The notes: generated by a model not told the origin, from the letters alone. A stretch of 64,000 bases of DNA from Candidatus Lustribacter sp. (GCA_965277805.1 OZ255842.1:1920001-1984000), one strand, 5' to 3'; shown: positions 28,645 to 38,890, numbered from the stretch's first letter. Made by a program: numbers and translations.

Positions 28645-29436
28645 CTATGGAATCGCCCGGACGACCCCGCCGTCGACTCGGATTGCGGACCCGGTCGTTC
28701 CTGACGCAGCCGGCGTGCACAAGTAGGCGATGGCATTCGCCACTTCATCACTCGTGAGAAAACGCTTGATCAGCGACGTTGGACGCGCTGTTTCGAAGAA
28801 GCGCTTCTCCATCTCCGCTAAGCTGATGCCCTCGTGCTCGGCCAGCTGCTGCACGAACGTGCCGACGCTTTCGGAGCGGGTCGGACCGGGAAGTACGCTG
28901 TTGACGGTAATGCCCGTTCCGGCGACCGATTCTGCAAGGCCGCGGGCAAGGGCGATCTGCGCCGTCTTGGTCACGCCGTAGTGAATCATCTCGAGCGGAA
29001 TCTGCAGACCCGATTCGCTGGAGACGAAAATGACACGGCCCCAGTTGCGTTCGCGCATGCCGGGCAGATAGGCACGGGTGAGGCGGACACCGCTGAGGAC
29101 GTTCGCCTCGAAAAAGCGCAACCAATCGTCGTCGGTTATTTCTTCGAACGGCTGCGGCGCGAAGATACCGAGGTTATTGATCAGGATATCGGCATTGGGA
29201 ACGGCGCGGACGAGTTGTTCCGCGCCCGCGGCAGTACTGAGGTCGCCGGCGACACCGATGACCGTGCGCCCGGCCAAGCGAAGCTCGTCTACCGCCGCAT
29301 CCACGCGCTCGGCCGTGCGGCCGGTGATCACGACGCGCGCGCCGAGCCCAGCGAGCGCGGACGCGGCGGCGAAGCCGATGCCGGCCGTAGATCCGGAAAC
29401 GACGGCAGTCTTACCGCTGAGATTGAGGTCGAACAT
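28645..29436 (-). CDS. Short-chain dehydrogenase/reductase
   Basis: SGSTAGIG, ILINNLG, YGVTK. Confidence 0.9.
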   Translation of the reverse strand: MFDLNLSGKTAVVSGSTAGIGFAAASALAGLGARVVITGRTAERVDAAVDELRLAGRTVIGVAGDLSTAAGAEQLVRAVPNADILINNLGIFAPQPFEEITDDDWLRFFEANVLSGVRLTRAYLPGMRERNWGRVIFVSSESGLQIPLEMIHYGVTKTAQIALARGLAESVAGTGITVNSVLPGPTRSESVGTFVQQLAEHEGISLAEMEKRFFETARPTSLIKRFLTSDEVANAIAYLCTPAASGTTGSAIRVDGGVVRAIP

Positions 29437-29502
29437 AATGTAGCTCCTATCCTAGGACCTGCCGCAATAACCAGGTAGCGATAATCTTTCGGTTGACTGC
29501 GC

Positions 29503-30115
29503 TTAGGCGAGGGCGACCGGGTCGATCATCTCGTTGGCATCGTATGGGTGCGCGATAGCTTTGTATTTTGCGGCGGCATCGATTAACGGCTGGATGGCGC
29601 GTGAACGGCAGCCCGGCCAAGATGGCTAGATCGACGCCGGTGAACTTGGCCATCAGCGGAAGAGCCTCCGGAACGTGTCCGTTGACGTGGGCGCTCGCAT
29701 CGTTCATGACTTTCGAAAACGCCATCACCGCTGCATTTTTGTGCGATGGCATCGGCGGCGGCCGAGTTTGGTAGCTCCAAGAATTGCACGGTACTGGAGT
29801 CGCCGCCGGTCTCGTCGATCCAGGTGGAACTGGCGATCGTGAACGTATCGCCGAGTGCCGGTACGCCTAACGTTTTTCCGGCCATGTCGCGACCGGAGCG
29901 GATCGGAACGTCAATGCCGACGATGATTCCGATCGCATCGCGGATGCTGGCGTCGTAGATGGTCGCAGCGTACTCGACGAAGATCGGAAGATTGCGCGCA
30001 TGCGCTTCGAGCCGATGCGCATCGGCGTTACCGCCTGCGCGGCGACCGCTCCGGGAAGGAGCGCGGCTGCTGCCGTGCCGGCGAGAAACGCTGTTCGACT
30101 GAGGCTTCGGTTCAT
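29503..30115 (-). pseudogene. Decayed NitT/TauT SBP paralog with several deletions/frameshifts
   Basis: Fragments spread across frames: MNRSLSRTAFLAG..., RSGRDMAGKTLGV..GGDSSTVQFLELP, AFSKVMNDAS.., IQPLIDAAAKYKAI. Confidence 0.75.
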
Positions 30116-31062
30116 TAGCGTGCGGCGGCGTCGCTGATGAGTTCCGTCGCCGGAAAGGGCTTATCGATGAGCTTGTACTTCGCCAGTGCATCGATGACCG
30201 GTTGAATGTCGGACGCGCTGACCGTGGTTCCCATACGCTGCCGTTGCATGTGCGCGATAACCGCGGGATCCGTTTTCGTATACGCGGCTTCATCTGCGAC
30301 CGTCGCCTCCGGATGCGCGCGGGCGTATGCGCCGGCTTCTGCCACGACTCGCGAGAACCGTTCGACCAGTGCGTGATTCTTCTCCACGTAGCTTTGCATC
30401 GCGACCCACACGCCGAGCGAGAATTGGCGCGCGATCGCGTCGTAAACATGCGCGATCTGGCGGGCGCCGTTTGCGAGCGCCGCAGCGAGCTGCGGATTGC
30501 TGAGCAAAGCTGCATCCATACGGCCTTGCGCCAACGCCGCACCGGCTGCCGAAGCCGGCAATTCAAAAAAGCGCAGCGTCTTGGAGTCGCCACCGTTTTG
30601 GTCGACCCACGCCTGCATCGCAACCGTTCCCACCGACGCGAGGGCGTTGGTGCTGATCGTCTTGTTGTTGAAGTCGCTCGCCTTGCGCAACGGCGAACCC
30701 TTCGGGACGATAAGACCGTTCGTGTCGGCGTCAACCCATAGGCCGCCCGGCGCCACGATCGTCAGCGGTACGCCACGCAAGTGCCCCTGGATGATCCCGT
30801 CAAGGCTGGAGAGACCGATGTCAAGCGAACCACCGACGACCGCGGCGGTGATGGCGTTGCCGCTCACCATCATGCTCAACTCGATCTGCAGGCCCGCTTT
30901 TTCGAACATGCCCGTGCGGATCGCGTAGGCAACCGGGGCAAGAGAATCGATCGGGGTCACGCCCAGGCGAATCGTCGTGAGCGAACTTTGTGCGAGCGCT
31001 CGAGCGGCCGGCCAAGACAGCATCGCGGTGCCCAGCACAGAGAGGCTCGTAGCACGATTCAT
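30115..31062 (-). CDS. NitT/TauT-family ABC substrate-binding protein
   Basis: GMFEKAGL, AVVGGSLDIG, NGGDSKTLRFFELP; stop overlaps next start (TAATG). Confidence 0.85.
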   Translation of the reverse strand: MNRATSLSVLGTAMLSWPAARALAQSSLTTIRLGVTPIDSLAPVAYAIRTGMFEKAGLQIELSMMVSGNAITAAVVGGSLDIGLSSLDGIIQGHLRGVPLTIVAPGGLWVDADTNGLIVPKGSPLRKASDFNNKTISTNALASVGTVAMQAWVDQNGGDSKTLRFFELPASAAGAALAQGRMDAALLSNPQLAAALANGARQIAHVYDAIARQFSLGVWVAMQSYVEKNHALVERFSRVVAEAGAYARAHPEATVADEAAYTKTDPAVIAHMQRQRMGTTVSASDIQPVIDALAKYKLIDKPFPATELISDAAAR

Positions 31063-31094
31063 ACGCCCGTCTACAGCAGCTTGCCTTCGTTTTA

Positions 31095-31149
31095 CTGCTC
31101 TTACCATGCACGAGGTACGCGTAGCACGCCTCGTGCATGGTAAGAGCAG
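31095..31149. repeat. Perfect 21-bp inverted repeat with 13-nt loop
   Basis: CTGCTCTTACCATGCACGAGG ... CCTCGTGCATGGTAAGAGCAG; no U-tract. Confidence 0.85.
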
Positions 31150-31157
31150 ATCAGACC

Positions 31158-32351
31158 TCAGTGATCGTAGATGGTGATGCCGAGGTTCGCTCCGACGCTT
31201 TGCGGGACGAAGACGTGGTCGTACAGACCTTCGACGGCAACCGAATGCGCGCCGGCGGACGTTGCGACCCGGGCCAGCAAGTTGCCGGTCCCGTCGAGCA
31301 CGGCCAAGGTGGCGCCCCCGGTGTCGGCGCCGTAGAACCGATTTGTTTGCGGGGCATACCAGATTTCATCGGGTGAGGGTCCCGCAACGCTATTTAGCTC
31401 CGCAAACGTAACCGCGTTGAACGTCGTCATGCTGGTCGTATTTCCACATGCTGCAACGAGCGTTTCATTTTGACCAAGCGCTAGTCCGGACGGACCGCAA
31501 TTCACGGGCAGCCCATTCGCGGATTTGAGCGTGAACGTTTTCGGGCTGAAATCGTCGATCTCGCCGTTGGGATGTACCGTCGTCGACGGAAGCGCCGTGA
31601 GGAACAGACCTTGCGCCGGATCCCAGACGGTTTGTTCGCCACCGCCGTTTGCCGTCGGAAGCGCAACCTGGCCGAGGATATTGTAGGGCGCTGATCCGGA
31701 GAAGAACGTGATGAACACGGGACACGCGTTGTCGCTCACTGCCGCGATCACGTTATCGGTCGGGTCATACGCCATTTCGTCGACGCGGAAATTTCCAGCG
31801 CCGACGGTCGGCACACCGGTGGTCGCCCCTACTGTGCCTTGGCAAATGTTCGGCGCCAGATTCGGTCCGGTGTACGGATTAGGCACCGGAATTGAAGCGA
31901 CGACCGAGCTCGAGATCGAAGACACGTTGACGATCTTCAGCGTGCTGTTTCCGTCACCGGCAGCCACGAGGCCGTTGCCAAGCGATACGTCGCCGTTGGG
32001 ACCGGCGTTCGGATTGCGGGAGAACCCGGGCACTGCCGTTCCGAGACCTGCGAACGAGCCGGCACCCGCCGTGCCGAGAAACGCATTGTTCTGCGTGTTT
32101 ACCACGTCGATGCCGTTGGTGGCTCTATCAGCTAAGAAGTAGAGGTGCTCCGTTTCGTCCACAAAGCTGATGTCGAATGACGTTGTATTCGGCGGATTGA
32201 TTTTGGTCGTGAACGAGTAGGTCGTTGGTGGCGCAGTCACGCCCGGGAGAGGTTGCGTTTGCACGCCACCGCCACCGCAGGCAGTAAAACCCACGGCCAC
32301 GACGGCGAACATAGCGAGTCTCCCCAGTGCGTACGGGGATGTGGAGGACAT
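31158..32351 (-). CDS. Lipoprotein, YncE-like beta-propeller
   Basis: FTAC lipobox, SFDISFVD, RVDEMAYDP, GAHSVAV; AAGGAG before ATG 32351. Confidence 0.7.
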   Translation of the reverse strand: MSSTSPYALGRLAMFAVVAVGFTACGGGGVQTQPLPGVTAPPTTYSFTTKINPPNTTSFDISFVDETEHLYFLADRATNGIDVVNTQNNAFLGTAGAGSFAGLGTAVPGFSRNPNAGPNGDVSLGNGLVAAGDGNSTLKIVNVSSISSSVVASIPVPNPYTGPNLAPNICQGTVGATTGVPTVGAGNFRVDEMAYDPTDNVIAAVSDNACPVFITFFSGSAPYNILGQVALPTANGGGEQTVWDPAQGLFLTALPSTTVHPNGEIDDFSPKTFTLKSANGLPVNCGPSGLALGQNETLVAACGNTTSMTTFNAVTFAELNSVAGPSPDEIWYAPQTNRFYGADTGGATLAVLDGTGNLLARVATSAGAHSVAVEGLYDHVFVPQSVGANLGITIYDH

Positions 32352-32436
32352 ATTTTTCTCCTTCGGCTTCAAGTCGCGGAAAATCGTCGGCCGCGCTTCC
32401 CCGTACTCCCCAGCGTAGCAACAAACAAAACGAATT

Positions 32437-32454
32437 ATGAACAGATGATGAACA
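32437..32454 (-). promoter_or_regulatory. Pho-box-like direct repeat TGTTCAT-n4-TGTTCAT
   Basis: 11-bp period, upstream of the lipoprotein gene. Confidence 0.5.
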
Positions 32455-32458
32455 GGCA

Positions 32459-33817
32459 TCATCCGCCGGGAGGTGCGAGTAACATATACCCACCGTGAGC
32501 AGCGATGCGCTCGCCCTGCCGAAGACCGGCGGCAAGCACCGAAGTCGTCGCGTCACCCGCCCGCACGGCGACCGCTCGCATGCGAAAGTTTGAGTCGCCG
32601 GTTTTTGCACGCGCGTCGTGCACGAATACGACGGTCTTGCCGGTCTGCGGATCTTGGACGATCGCAGCGGTCGGCACCATCACGCCGCGAACCTGGCCGA
32701 CGACGATCGTTGCGCTCACCGCATCGCCGGAAACAGCATCGGCCGGCGCTCCGCGCACGATGACCGTCGCTGACTGCGTCGCGGGATCGACGGCCGGCAC
32801 GACCGCCGTCACCGTTCCATGCGCGACTCGCACCCGTGAGGAGGTCACTTGCAGCGTGGCCGCGTCGCCCGCGCTGATGCGCCGTGCGGTTTCCGAGGGA
32901 ACGGCGAGCGTTACGCTGTTTCCGGTTGCCGGCCCGATTTCGAGTGCGGGAACGGTCGGGTCGACGGCTTCACCGGGGTATTTGAGAATGGCCAGCACGA
33001 CGCCCGCTGACGGCGCGGTGAGCACGCCGTTCGCGTACGCGATCCGAGCCGACTGCAGCCGCGCTTGCGCCGACGCGGCTTGACCGTTCGCGGTTTGCAG
33101 ATCGTTGCGCGCGCTCGCTACGTCAGCTTGCGCCTGCTTGAGCGCAGTACGGAGATCCGTGCCGGCGGCGGCGGCCTTCGCTTCTGCCGCACGCTGGTCG
33201 GCCTCGTCGCTTGCAAGTTGCGAGCGCGCCGCATCGGCATCCTTACCGGCGATAACGCCTGCCGCGAACAGTTGATTTTCGCGCGCGACCGCAGCGCGGT
33301 CGGCATCGACCTTGAGTTGCGCTTGACGCGCGGCCGATTGCGCCGCGATACGGCCGGTCGAGGCCGCAGGTCCACCGCTCTGGAGCGTTGCGAGTTTGTC
33401 GCCGGCGACCGCCAAACGTGCTGCAGCGGCACTGCCGGCAGCCGCGCTCGCCGATTGCACATCGGCTTGCGCGCCGCGCACGGTCGCCGCTAAGGCAGCA
33501 CGATCGAGTTCCGCCAGCGGCTGACCGGCCTGCACCGCTTCGCCGACCGACACATCGACAAAACGGACGATGCCCGCTTGCGCGAACGCGAGCTTCGCAC
33601 TGCTGCCGGCGGGCGGTCCGACGCGCCCTTGCACATTGACGCGTTCGGCGAACGTCCCCTCGTGCGCCGTGACCAACGGTACGTCCGGCGTTGCATCGCC
33701 CGCATCACCGGCAGCCGGTGCGGGCTGCCGGTGCCCGAACGTCAGTCCGGTCGCGAGCGCCACAATAACGACAAGGAGCGCGATTCCGGCGATCCACCAC
33801 CGGCGTGCACTGCTCAT
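32459..33817 (-). CDS. RND efflux membrane fusion (adaptor) protein
   Basis: N-terminal TM, lipoyl halves (VSVGEAVQAGQPLA; LTAPSAGVV), long coiled coil. Confidence 0.85.
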   Translation of the reverse strand: MSSARRWWIAGIALLVVIVALATGLTFGHRQPAPAAGDAGDATPDVPLVTAHEGTFAERVNVQGRVGPPAGSSAKLAFAQAGIVRFVDVSVGEAVQAGQPLAELDRAALAATVRGAQADVQSASAAAGSAAAARLAVAGDKLATLQSGGPAASTGRIAAQSAARQAQLKVDADRAAVARENQLFAAGVIAGKDADAARSQLASDEADQRAAEAKAAAAGTDLRTALKQAQADVASARNDLQTANGQAASAQARLQSARIAYANGVLTAPSAGVVLAILKYPGEAVDPTVPALEIGPATGNSVTLAVPSETARRISAGDAATLQVTSSRVRVAHGTVTAVVPAVDPATQSATVIVRGAPADAVSGDAVSATIVVGQVRGVMVPTAAIVQDPQTGKTVVFVHDARAKTGDSNFRMRAVAVRAGDATTSVLAAGLRQGERIAAHGGYMLLAPPGG

Positions 33818-36800
33818 CGGCCGATCTCCACTTCGGTCGTCGCCGCCGCTTTCTCGAGATCGTAGCGGGCCGAGAGTTCGTCGACCACCGCTTGCGCGTA
33901 CGTCGATCGCGCGCTCGCCACTTCCAAACTCGATGACGCACCGTTCCGATAGCCGATCTCGGTTGCACGCAGTTCCGCTTCGGCCGACCGCCGTGCACGC
34001 GCCATTGCCGCCGCAGCACGCTGGGCGGCGCCCAGGGAACGCGAGGCGGCTGCGACGTCGAGCACGATCTGCCGTTCGGTCGCGTCGGTCTTGGCCTTCG
34101 CCTCAATCGCCTTGGCAGCGGCAACCGCGACGCGGTCGTGCGTGCCCGGCCCCAGCGGAATCGTCACGTTGGCATTGATCGACGGTGCATTGATCGGAAC
34201 ACCGGAGTCCGTTCCCACGACGTACCCGCCGCTGATCGTCAGCGTTGGGAACCCCGCGGCACGCGCGGAGGCAACCGCGGCTTGCGCGGCCTGCGCCAGA
34301 AGCTGCGCCGATGCAATCTCCGGGCGCAACTTGCGCGCCGCCGCGACAGACGCTTGTGGATCGAGTAACGCCGGCGCAATGGGCGGCAGATCTGCCGGCA
34401 CAGTCGCATCAAGTGCACTTGCGGCATTCGTTTCGGCACGCAACGCCTCGCCGGCGTTTTGGCCGGCCGCAACGGCTGCTTCGAGATCCGCTTGTGCTTT
34501 GGCCAGATCGACATCGCTGCGCATGACGTCCAGCGCCGGCGCGTCGCCCGTCTTCGCTCGCACGGCCGCGGCGTCGTGCTGCGCGACGGCGAGCACGAGC
34601 GCGTTGCGCCGTGCCTCGGCCACGGCTCGCGCCTTGAGCGCATCGAAATACAACCCGATAATCTTCACCTTTTCGGTATTCACTGCAGCGTTGGCGTCCG
34701 CTTGTGCAGCGGCGAGGTTCAGGGCCGCTTCGCGCACTGCCGGAGCGAACGCAACGAAATCGCCGATCGTCCACTGCAAACCTGCACTCACTTGACGCGA
34801 CGTGACGTTCGGCCCCGGCGGGTTGCCCTGCGGTACTTGAGCGTACGTCGAGACGAACGACGGCACGATGCCCGATCGCGCGGCGTCGAGCGCATACCGG
34901 CTCTCGTCGAGGCGCGCGCGCGCGCCGGCAACCTCCGGCGATGTGGCAACCGCCGCGCGTTCGGCTGCATCGAGCGAGAGATCGGCAAACACCGCAACCG
35001 CGGCCGGCGGCGCGTTCTGCGCTCGTGCCGGAAGCATTGACGCGAGCATCAACACGCCGGCCATGGCGGTCGCCGCCGGCGCATGGTGCGAAACGCGCCG
35101 CTCACCGGCAAACGCCGCGTACAGCACCGGGATGACGATGAGCGTGAAGATCGTGGCCGTCGAAAGCCCGCCGATCACCGCGATCGCCAAGGGCTTCTCC
35201 ATCTCCGCTCCCTGCCCGATGCCCAACGCCAGCGGAAAGAGGCCGCCGATCGCCGCGAGCGTGGTCATCACGATCGGCCGCAAACGGGTCCGGCCGGCAG
35301 CGACGAGCGCGTCGGACACGGTCGCACCATCAACACGCCGGCGGTTGGCAACGTCGATCAACAAAATACCGTTTTTCACCACCACGCCGACCAGGAGCAA
35401 CAAACCCATGAACGAGGAGACGTTGATGTGCGTTCCGGTGATGAATAACCCGAGCGCAACGCCGATCAGCGCCAGCGGAATCGCCGTGAGGATAACCAGC
35501 GGCAAGCGAAACGAACGGAACGTCGCGAGCATGACCGCGAACACGAGCGCGACCGCGATGGCGATCACGTTGATGAAGTCGCCGAACGATTGCGATTGCG
35601 AGAGCGCTTGGCCGCCGATCGCCGCCGTATAGCCCGGCGGCAGCGCGATCGTGCGCAGCACCTGCTGGATTCCCGCCGTCACCGAGGATAAGCTCGCGCC
35701 TTCAAAATTTGCGGTCACGTGGATCTGCAGCTGTCCGTTCTGCGTGGTGATATCGCTCGAGAGACGCCGCTTCGTGAGCGTTGCGACGTCGCCGATCGCG
35801 GCCGCGGCACCCTTCGCATAGACCGGTGTCGATGCGTCGAGCATGCCGTTATCGCCGACGCCGGCGGAGCCGACGAGCACGCGAACCGGAACCAGCGTTT
35901 GCGATCCGGGCAAGCTCGTTGCAACCGTGCCTTGACCGAGCGCCGAGACTGCGTCGCCGAGGTCGCCGGACGACATCCCGAGTGCAGCCAGCGCCGTAGC
36001 ACGCGGCGTGATGCGCAGCGACGGGCTATCGTATGTGACGCCGCTGGATGCATCGACAACGCCTTTGACGTTGCCGATCTGGTTCGCGATGTGCGTGGCA
36101 AGATCGATGAGCGTCTGTTGCTCGGGGCCTTGGACCACGATCTCGATCGGCGCGGGTGTGCCGGAAAGATCGTTGATCAAGTCCTCGAGAATCTGGTGGA
36201 AATCGTAGAGCGCCGACGGCACGGCCCCGCTGAGCTGGTCGCGCAAGCGCGCGCTGACCTCATCATACCCCGCACGTTGACTTGCAGGACGCAAACGCAC
36301 GCGCAACAGTCCGGCGTTGGGCGGTGTCGGTGAGAGGCCGTTGGAATCGATGCCCGTCAAGCGTCCGACCTCGGCCACCGCCGGATCGGCGATGACGATT
36401 CGTTCCATGCGCGTCGCGGCGGCGTCACTTGCTTGCAGCGTGGTGCCGACCGGCAGCGTATACGCGATTTCGAACTGGCCTTCGTCCATTTTCGGTAAGA
36501 AATCGCTCGGCAAGCGCGCAAGCAATGCGACGGTAACGATCAGCACGCCGGCCGAACCCGCCGCAACGATCGCGCGGTGCACGAGTGCCCAGCGTAACAG
36601 CCCTTCGTAGCGGCCGAGAAACACGCCGATCGAATCGCGACGGCTCGCGTGCTCCGTCTCGCGGCTCAGCAGCGCGCGCGCCACGATCGGAGCAATGAAG
36701 AGCGCGAGCCCAAGTGAAACGATCAGCGAGGCCGCCAGCGTAAAGGCCAGGGCGCGGAAGAAAAACCCCGTGACGCCGGTCAACAGCGCCAGCGGCAGAA

Positions 36801-38136
36801 AGACGACGACCGTCGTCGTGGTGGAGGCAATCATCGCCGCCGCGAGCTGATTCATCGAGAGCGCAATCGTTTCGTCGAGCGACCGTTCGGGAAACTCGCG
36901 GCGATTGCGCGCGATGTTTTCGATCACCACGATCGCGTCGTCGATGATCAGCCCCACCGCAACGGCCAAACCGCCGACGCTCATCAGGTTGAGGGTCTGG
37001 CCGGTCAGTTGCAGGGCCAGGAGCGCGATGGCCATCGCAAGCGGGATGACGGCGGCGGCAACGAGCGTCAGCCGGAAATTCCGCAGGAACGCATAGATGA
37101 CGACGATCGCAAGCAATGCACCGAGCAGGATCGCGTCACGCAGCGCTTGCTGGGAGGCCACGATCAGCGTCGTCTGATCCCAGAACGCCGTGAGCGTAAT
37201 GTCACGCGGCAAGCGCGGCACGACGGCGTCCAAACGCGCGCGAAACGCGGACGCCATCTTGACCGTGTCCGCACCCGGCAACGCATAGGCGTTGACGATC
37301 ACCGCATGATGGCCGTTGATGGAGACCTGGTCGCTTACGGGCGAAACGCCGAGCTCGATCGTGCCCAAACTCGAGAGCGGTACCGACGCGCCGTTCTTCT
37401 CCGGCACTTGTACTGCGCCAAGCGAGGCCCGGTCCCGGAGTGCGCCGTCGATCAGCACCGCATACTTCTGGTCGTACTGTTGGGTCACGCCCGCATCCTG
37501 AACGTGATTTGCGTCGGCCAGCGCACGGCTGACGTCCGCAGCGCCGATGCCCGCTGCGGCGAGTTGCGCCGGGTCGAGCGTGACGTGAAACTCGCTCGCC
37601 GGTCCGCCGGTAACCAGGAGCTGGCCCAAGCCCGGTGCGCCGTAGAGCTTCGGGACAATTTGCGCAATCGCTATCTCGCGCAGCACCGCTTGCGAGAGAT
37701 CGTCCGACGTGAGCGCATATGACAGCACCGGCTCGCGATTCGGGTTCACGATCACGGCGACGATGCTCAGCGCGGCCGGCGTGCCTGACCGCGCTTGCGC
37801 GATCGCCTGGTTCACAAAATTCAGGTCGGCTTGCGGGTCGGTCGAAGGCGCGAATGAAACGAAGAGCTCCGCCGAGCCTTGACTCGAGGTCGCCACGACG
37901 CTCGCGACCGACGGCAATGTTTGGAAGCTTTGTTCGAGCGGTCGTGTGACCGCTACGCGGACCTGGTCGGGCGGGAGGTCGCCGACGTCGGCCACGACAT
38001 CGATGCGAGCGAAGCTCATGTTGGGGAAGATGCTTTGCGGCGCCGTCAAAAATGCGCGAACGCCCAACAGCGCCAACACAAGCACCACGAAGACGATGAC
38101 CTTCCGGTTGCGCAGCGCAAACCGTGCAAGATTCAA
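33814..38136 (-). CDS. RND permease (AcrB family) fused to TolC-family outer-membrane factor
   Basis: IIDDAIVVIENI, VVVKNGILL, RLRPIVMTT, then a signal-like linker and TolC repeats (GYRNGASSSLEV); start probably TTG 38136. Confidence 0.85.
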   Translation of the reverse strand: MNLARFALRNRKVIVFVVLVLALLGVRAFLTAPQSIFPNMSFARIDVVADVGDLPPDQVRVAVTRPLEQSFQTLPSVASVVATSSQGSAELFVSFAPSTDPQADLNFVNQAIAQARSGTPAALSIVAVIVNPNREPVLSYALTSDDLSQAVLREIAIAQIVPKLYGAPGLGQLLVTGGPASEFHVTLDPAQLAAAGIGAADVSRALADANHVQDAGVTQQYDQKYAVLIDGALRDRASLGAVQVPEKNGASVPLSSLGTIELGVSPVSDQVSINGHHAVIVNAYALPGADTVKMASAFRARLDAVVPRLPRDITLTAFWDQTTLIVASQQALRDAILLGALLAIVVIYAFLRNFRLTLVAAAVIPLAMAIALLALQLTGQTLNLMSVGGLAVAVGLIIDDAIVVIENIARNRREFPERSLDETIALSMNQLAAAMIASTTTTVVVFLPLALLTGVTGFFFRALAFTLAASLIVSLGLALFIAPIVARALLSRETEHASRRDSIGVFLGRYEGLLRWALVHRAIVAAGSAGVLIVTVALLARLPSDFLPKMDEGQFEIAYTLPVGTTLQASDAAATRMERIVIADPAVAEVGRLTGIDSNGLSPTPPNAGLLRVRLRPASQRAGYDEVSARLRDQLSGAVPSALYDFHQILEDLINDLSGTPAPIEIVVQGPEQQTLIDLATHIANQIGNVKGVVDASSGVTYDSPSLRITPRATALAALGMSSGDLGDAVSALGQGTVATSLPGSQTLVPVRVLVGSAGVGDNGMLDASTPVYAKGAAAAIGDVATLTKRRLSSDITTQNGQLQIHVTANFEGASLSSVTAGIQQVLRTIALPPGYTAAIGGQALSQSQSFGDFINVIAIAVALVFAVMLATFRSFRLPLVILTAIPLALIGVALGLFITGTHINVSSFMGLLLLVGVVVKNGILLIDVANRRRVDGATVSDALVAAGRTRLRPIVMTTLAAIGGLFPLALGIGQGAEMEKPLAIAVIGGLSTATIFTLIVIPVLYAAFAGERRVSHHAPAATAMAGVLMLASMLPARAQNAPPAAVAVFADLSLDAAERAAVATSPEVAGARARLDESRYALDAARSGIVPSFVSTYAQVPQGNPPGPNVTSRQVSAGLQWTIGDFVAFAPAVREAALNLAAAQADANAAVNTEKVKIIGLYFDALKARAVAEARRNALVLAVAQHDAAAVRAKTGDAPALDVMRSDVDLAKAQADLEAAVAAGQNAGEALRAETNAASALDATVPADLPPIAPALLDPQASVAAARKLRPEIASAQLLAQAAQAAVASARAAGFPTLTISGGYVVGTDSGVPINAPSINANVTIPLGPGTHDRVAVAAAKAIEAKAKTDATERQIVLDVAAASRSLGAAQRAAAAMARARRSAEAELRATEIGYRNGASSSLEVASARSTYAQAVVDELSARYDLEKAAATTEVEIGR

Positions 38137-38173
38137 CGGCGACGACCCGGAACCGGCATTTGCATGTAGTTTC

Positions 38174-38207
38174 CCCTGGAAACATGACAGCCCTGGAAAC
38201 ATGACAG
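38174..38207. repeat. Perfect 17-bp tandem duplication CCCTGGAAACATGACAG x2
   Basis: Read directly in the divergent promoter region. Confidence 0.9.
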
Positions 38208-38218
38208 GAGAATGAACG
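38201..38218 (-). promoter_or_regulatory. Pho-box-like direct repeat CGTTCAT-n4-CTGTCAT
   Basis: 11-bp period, upstream of the RND gene. Confidence 0.5.
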
Positions 38219-38890
38219 CTGAAGCTTCTGGTCGTTGAGGACGATGCGGCCCTTCGCGACGTGCTGCGGCGGGCGCTTGAAGAAACGGGGCATATCGTCG
38301 ACACCGCCGCCGACGGCGCAACCGCCGAGCTGATGGGTGCCGACGACTCGTACGATGCGATCGTCCTCGATGTGATGCTGCCCGGCCGCGATGGAATCGC
38401 CGTCGTCGGCGCGTTACGCGAGCTCGGCGTCGGTACGCCGGTGTTGATGTTGACGGCACGTATCACCGAAGAGGACGTCGTCAAGGGTCTCGATGCCGGT
38501 GCGGACGACTACCTGCGCAAGCCGTTCGGCATCGCCGAATTGCAGGCGCGATTGCGCTCACTCTCCCGCCGCGAACCACGCCAGCGGCCCGCGCCCATGG
38601 CGTTCGGCGGAATCGTTTACGATCCGATCTCGCTGCATGCAACCCGCAACGGCCGCCGACTCGATCTCACCCATCGCGAAGCGATCTTCCTCGAGTATTT
38701 TCTGCGCAACGCCGGTCGCGCGCTTTCGCGCGAAATGATCGCGTCGGCGCTGTGGCCGTCGGAGAGCGAGATCGGATCCAACGTGATCGACGTGTACATC
38801 CGGCGCTTACGCTCGAAGCTCGACGCTCCCGGCGAACCGCCCGTGCTGCACACGGTTCGCGGCGTCGGTTACCGGATGGGCGACCGGTGA
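38219..38890 (+). CDS. OmpR/PhoB-family response regulator (probable CTG start)
   Basis: (M)KLLVVEDD, IVLDVMLP, GADDYLRKPF, HTVRGVGY; AGGAG 8 nt before CTG; in-frame TGA just upstream. Confidence 0.9.
   Translation: MKLLVVEDDAALRDVLRRALEETGHIVDTAADGATAELMGADDSYDAIVLDVMLPGRDGIAVVGALRELGVGTPVLMLTARITEEDVVKGLDAGADDYLRKPFGIAELQARLRSLSRREPRQRPAPMAFGGIVYDPISLHATRNGRRLDLTHREAIFLEYFLRNAGRALSREMIASALWPSESEIGSNVIDVYIRRLRSKLDAPGEPPVLHTVRGVGYRMGDR

Noticed and set aside
33060-33500. Low-complexity GCC/GCG-rich stretch
   Set aside because: Explained by the Ala-rich coiled coil of the membrane fusion protein
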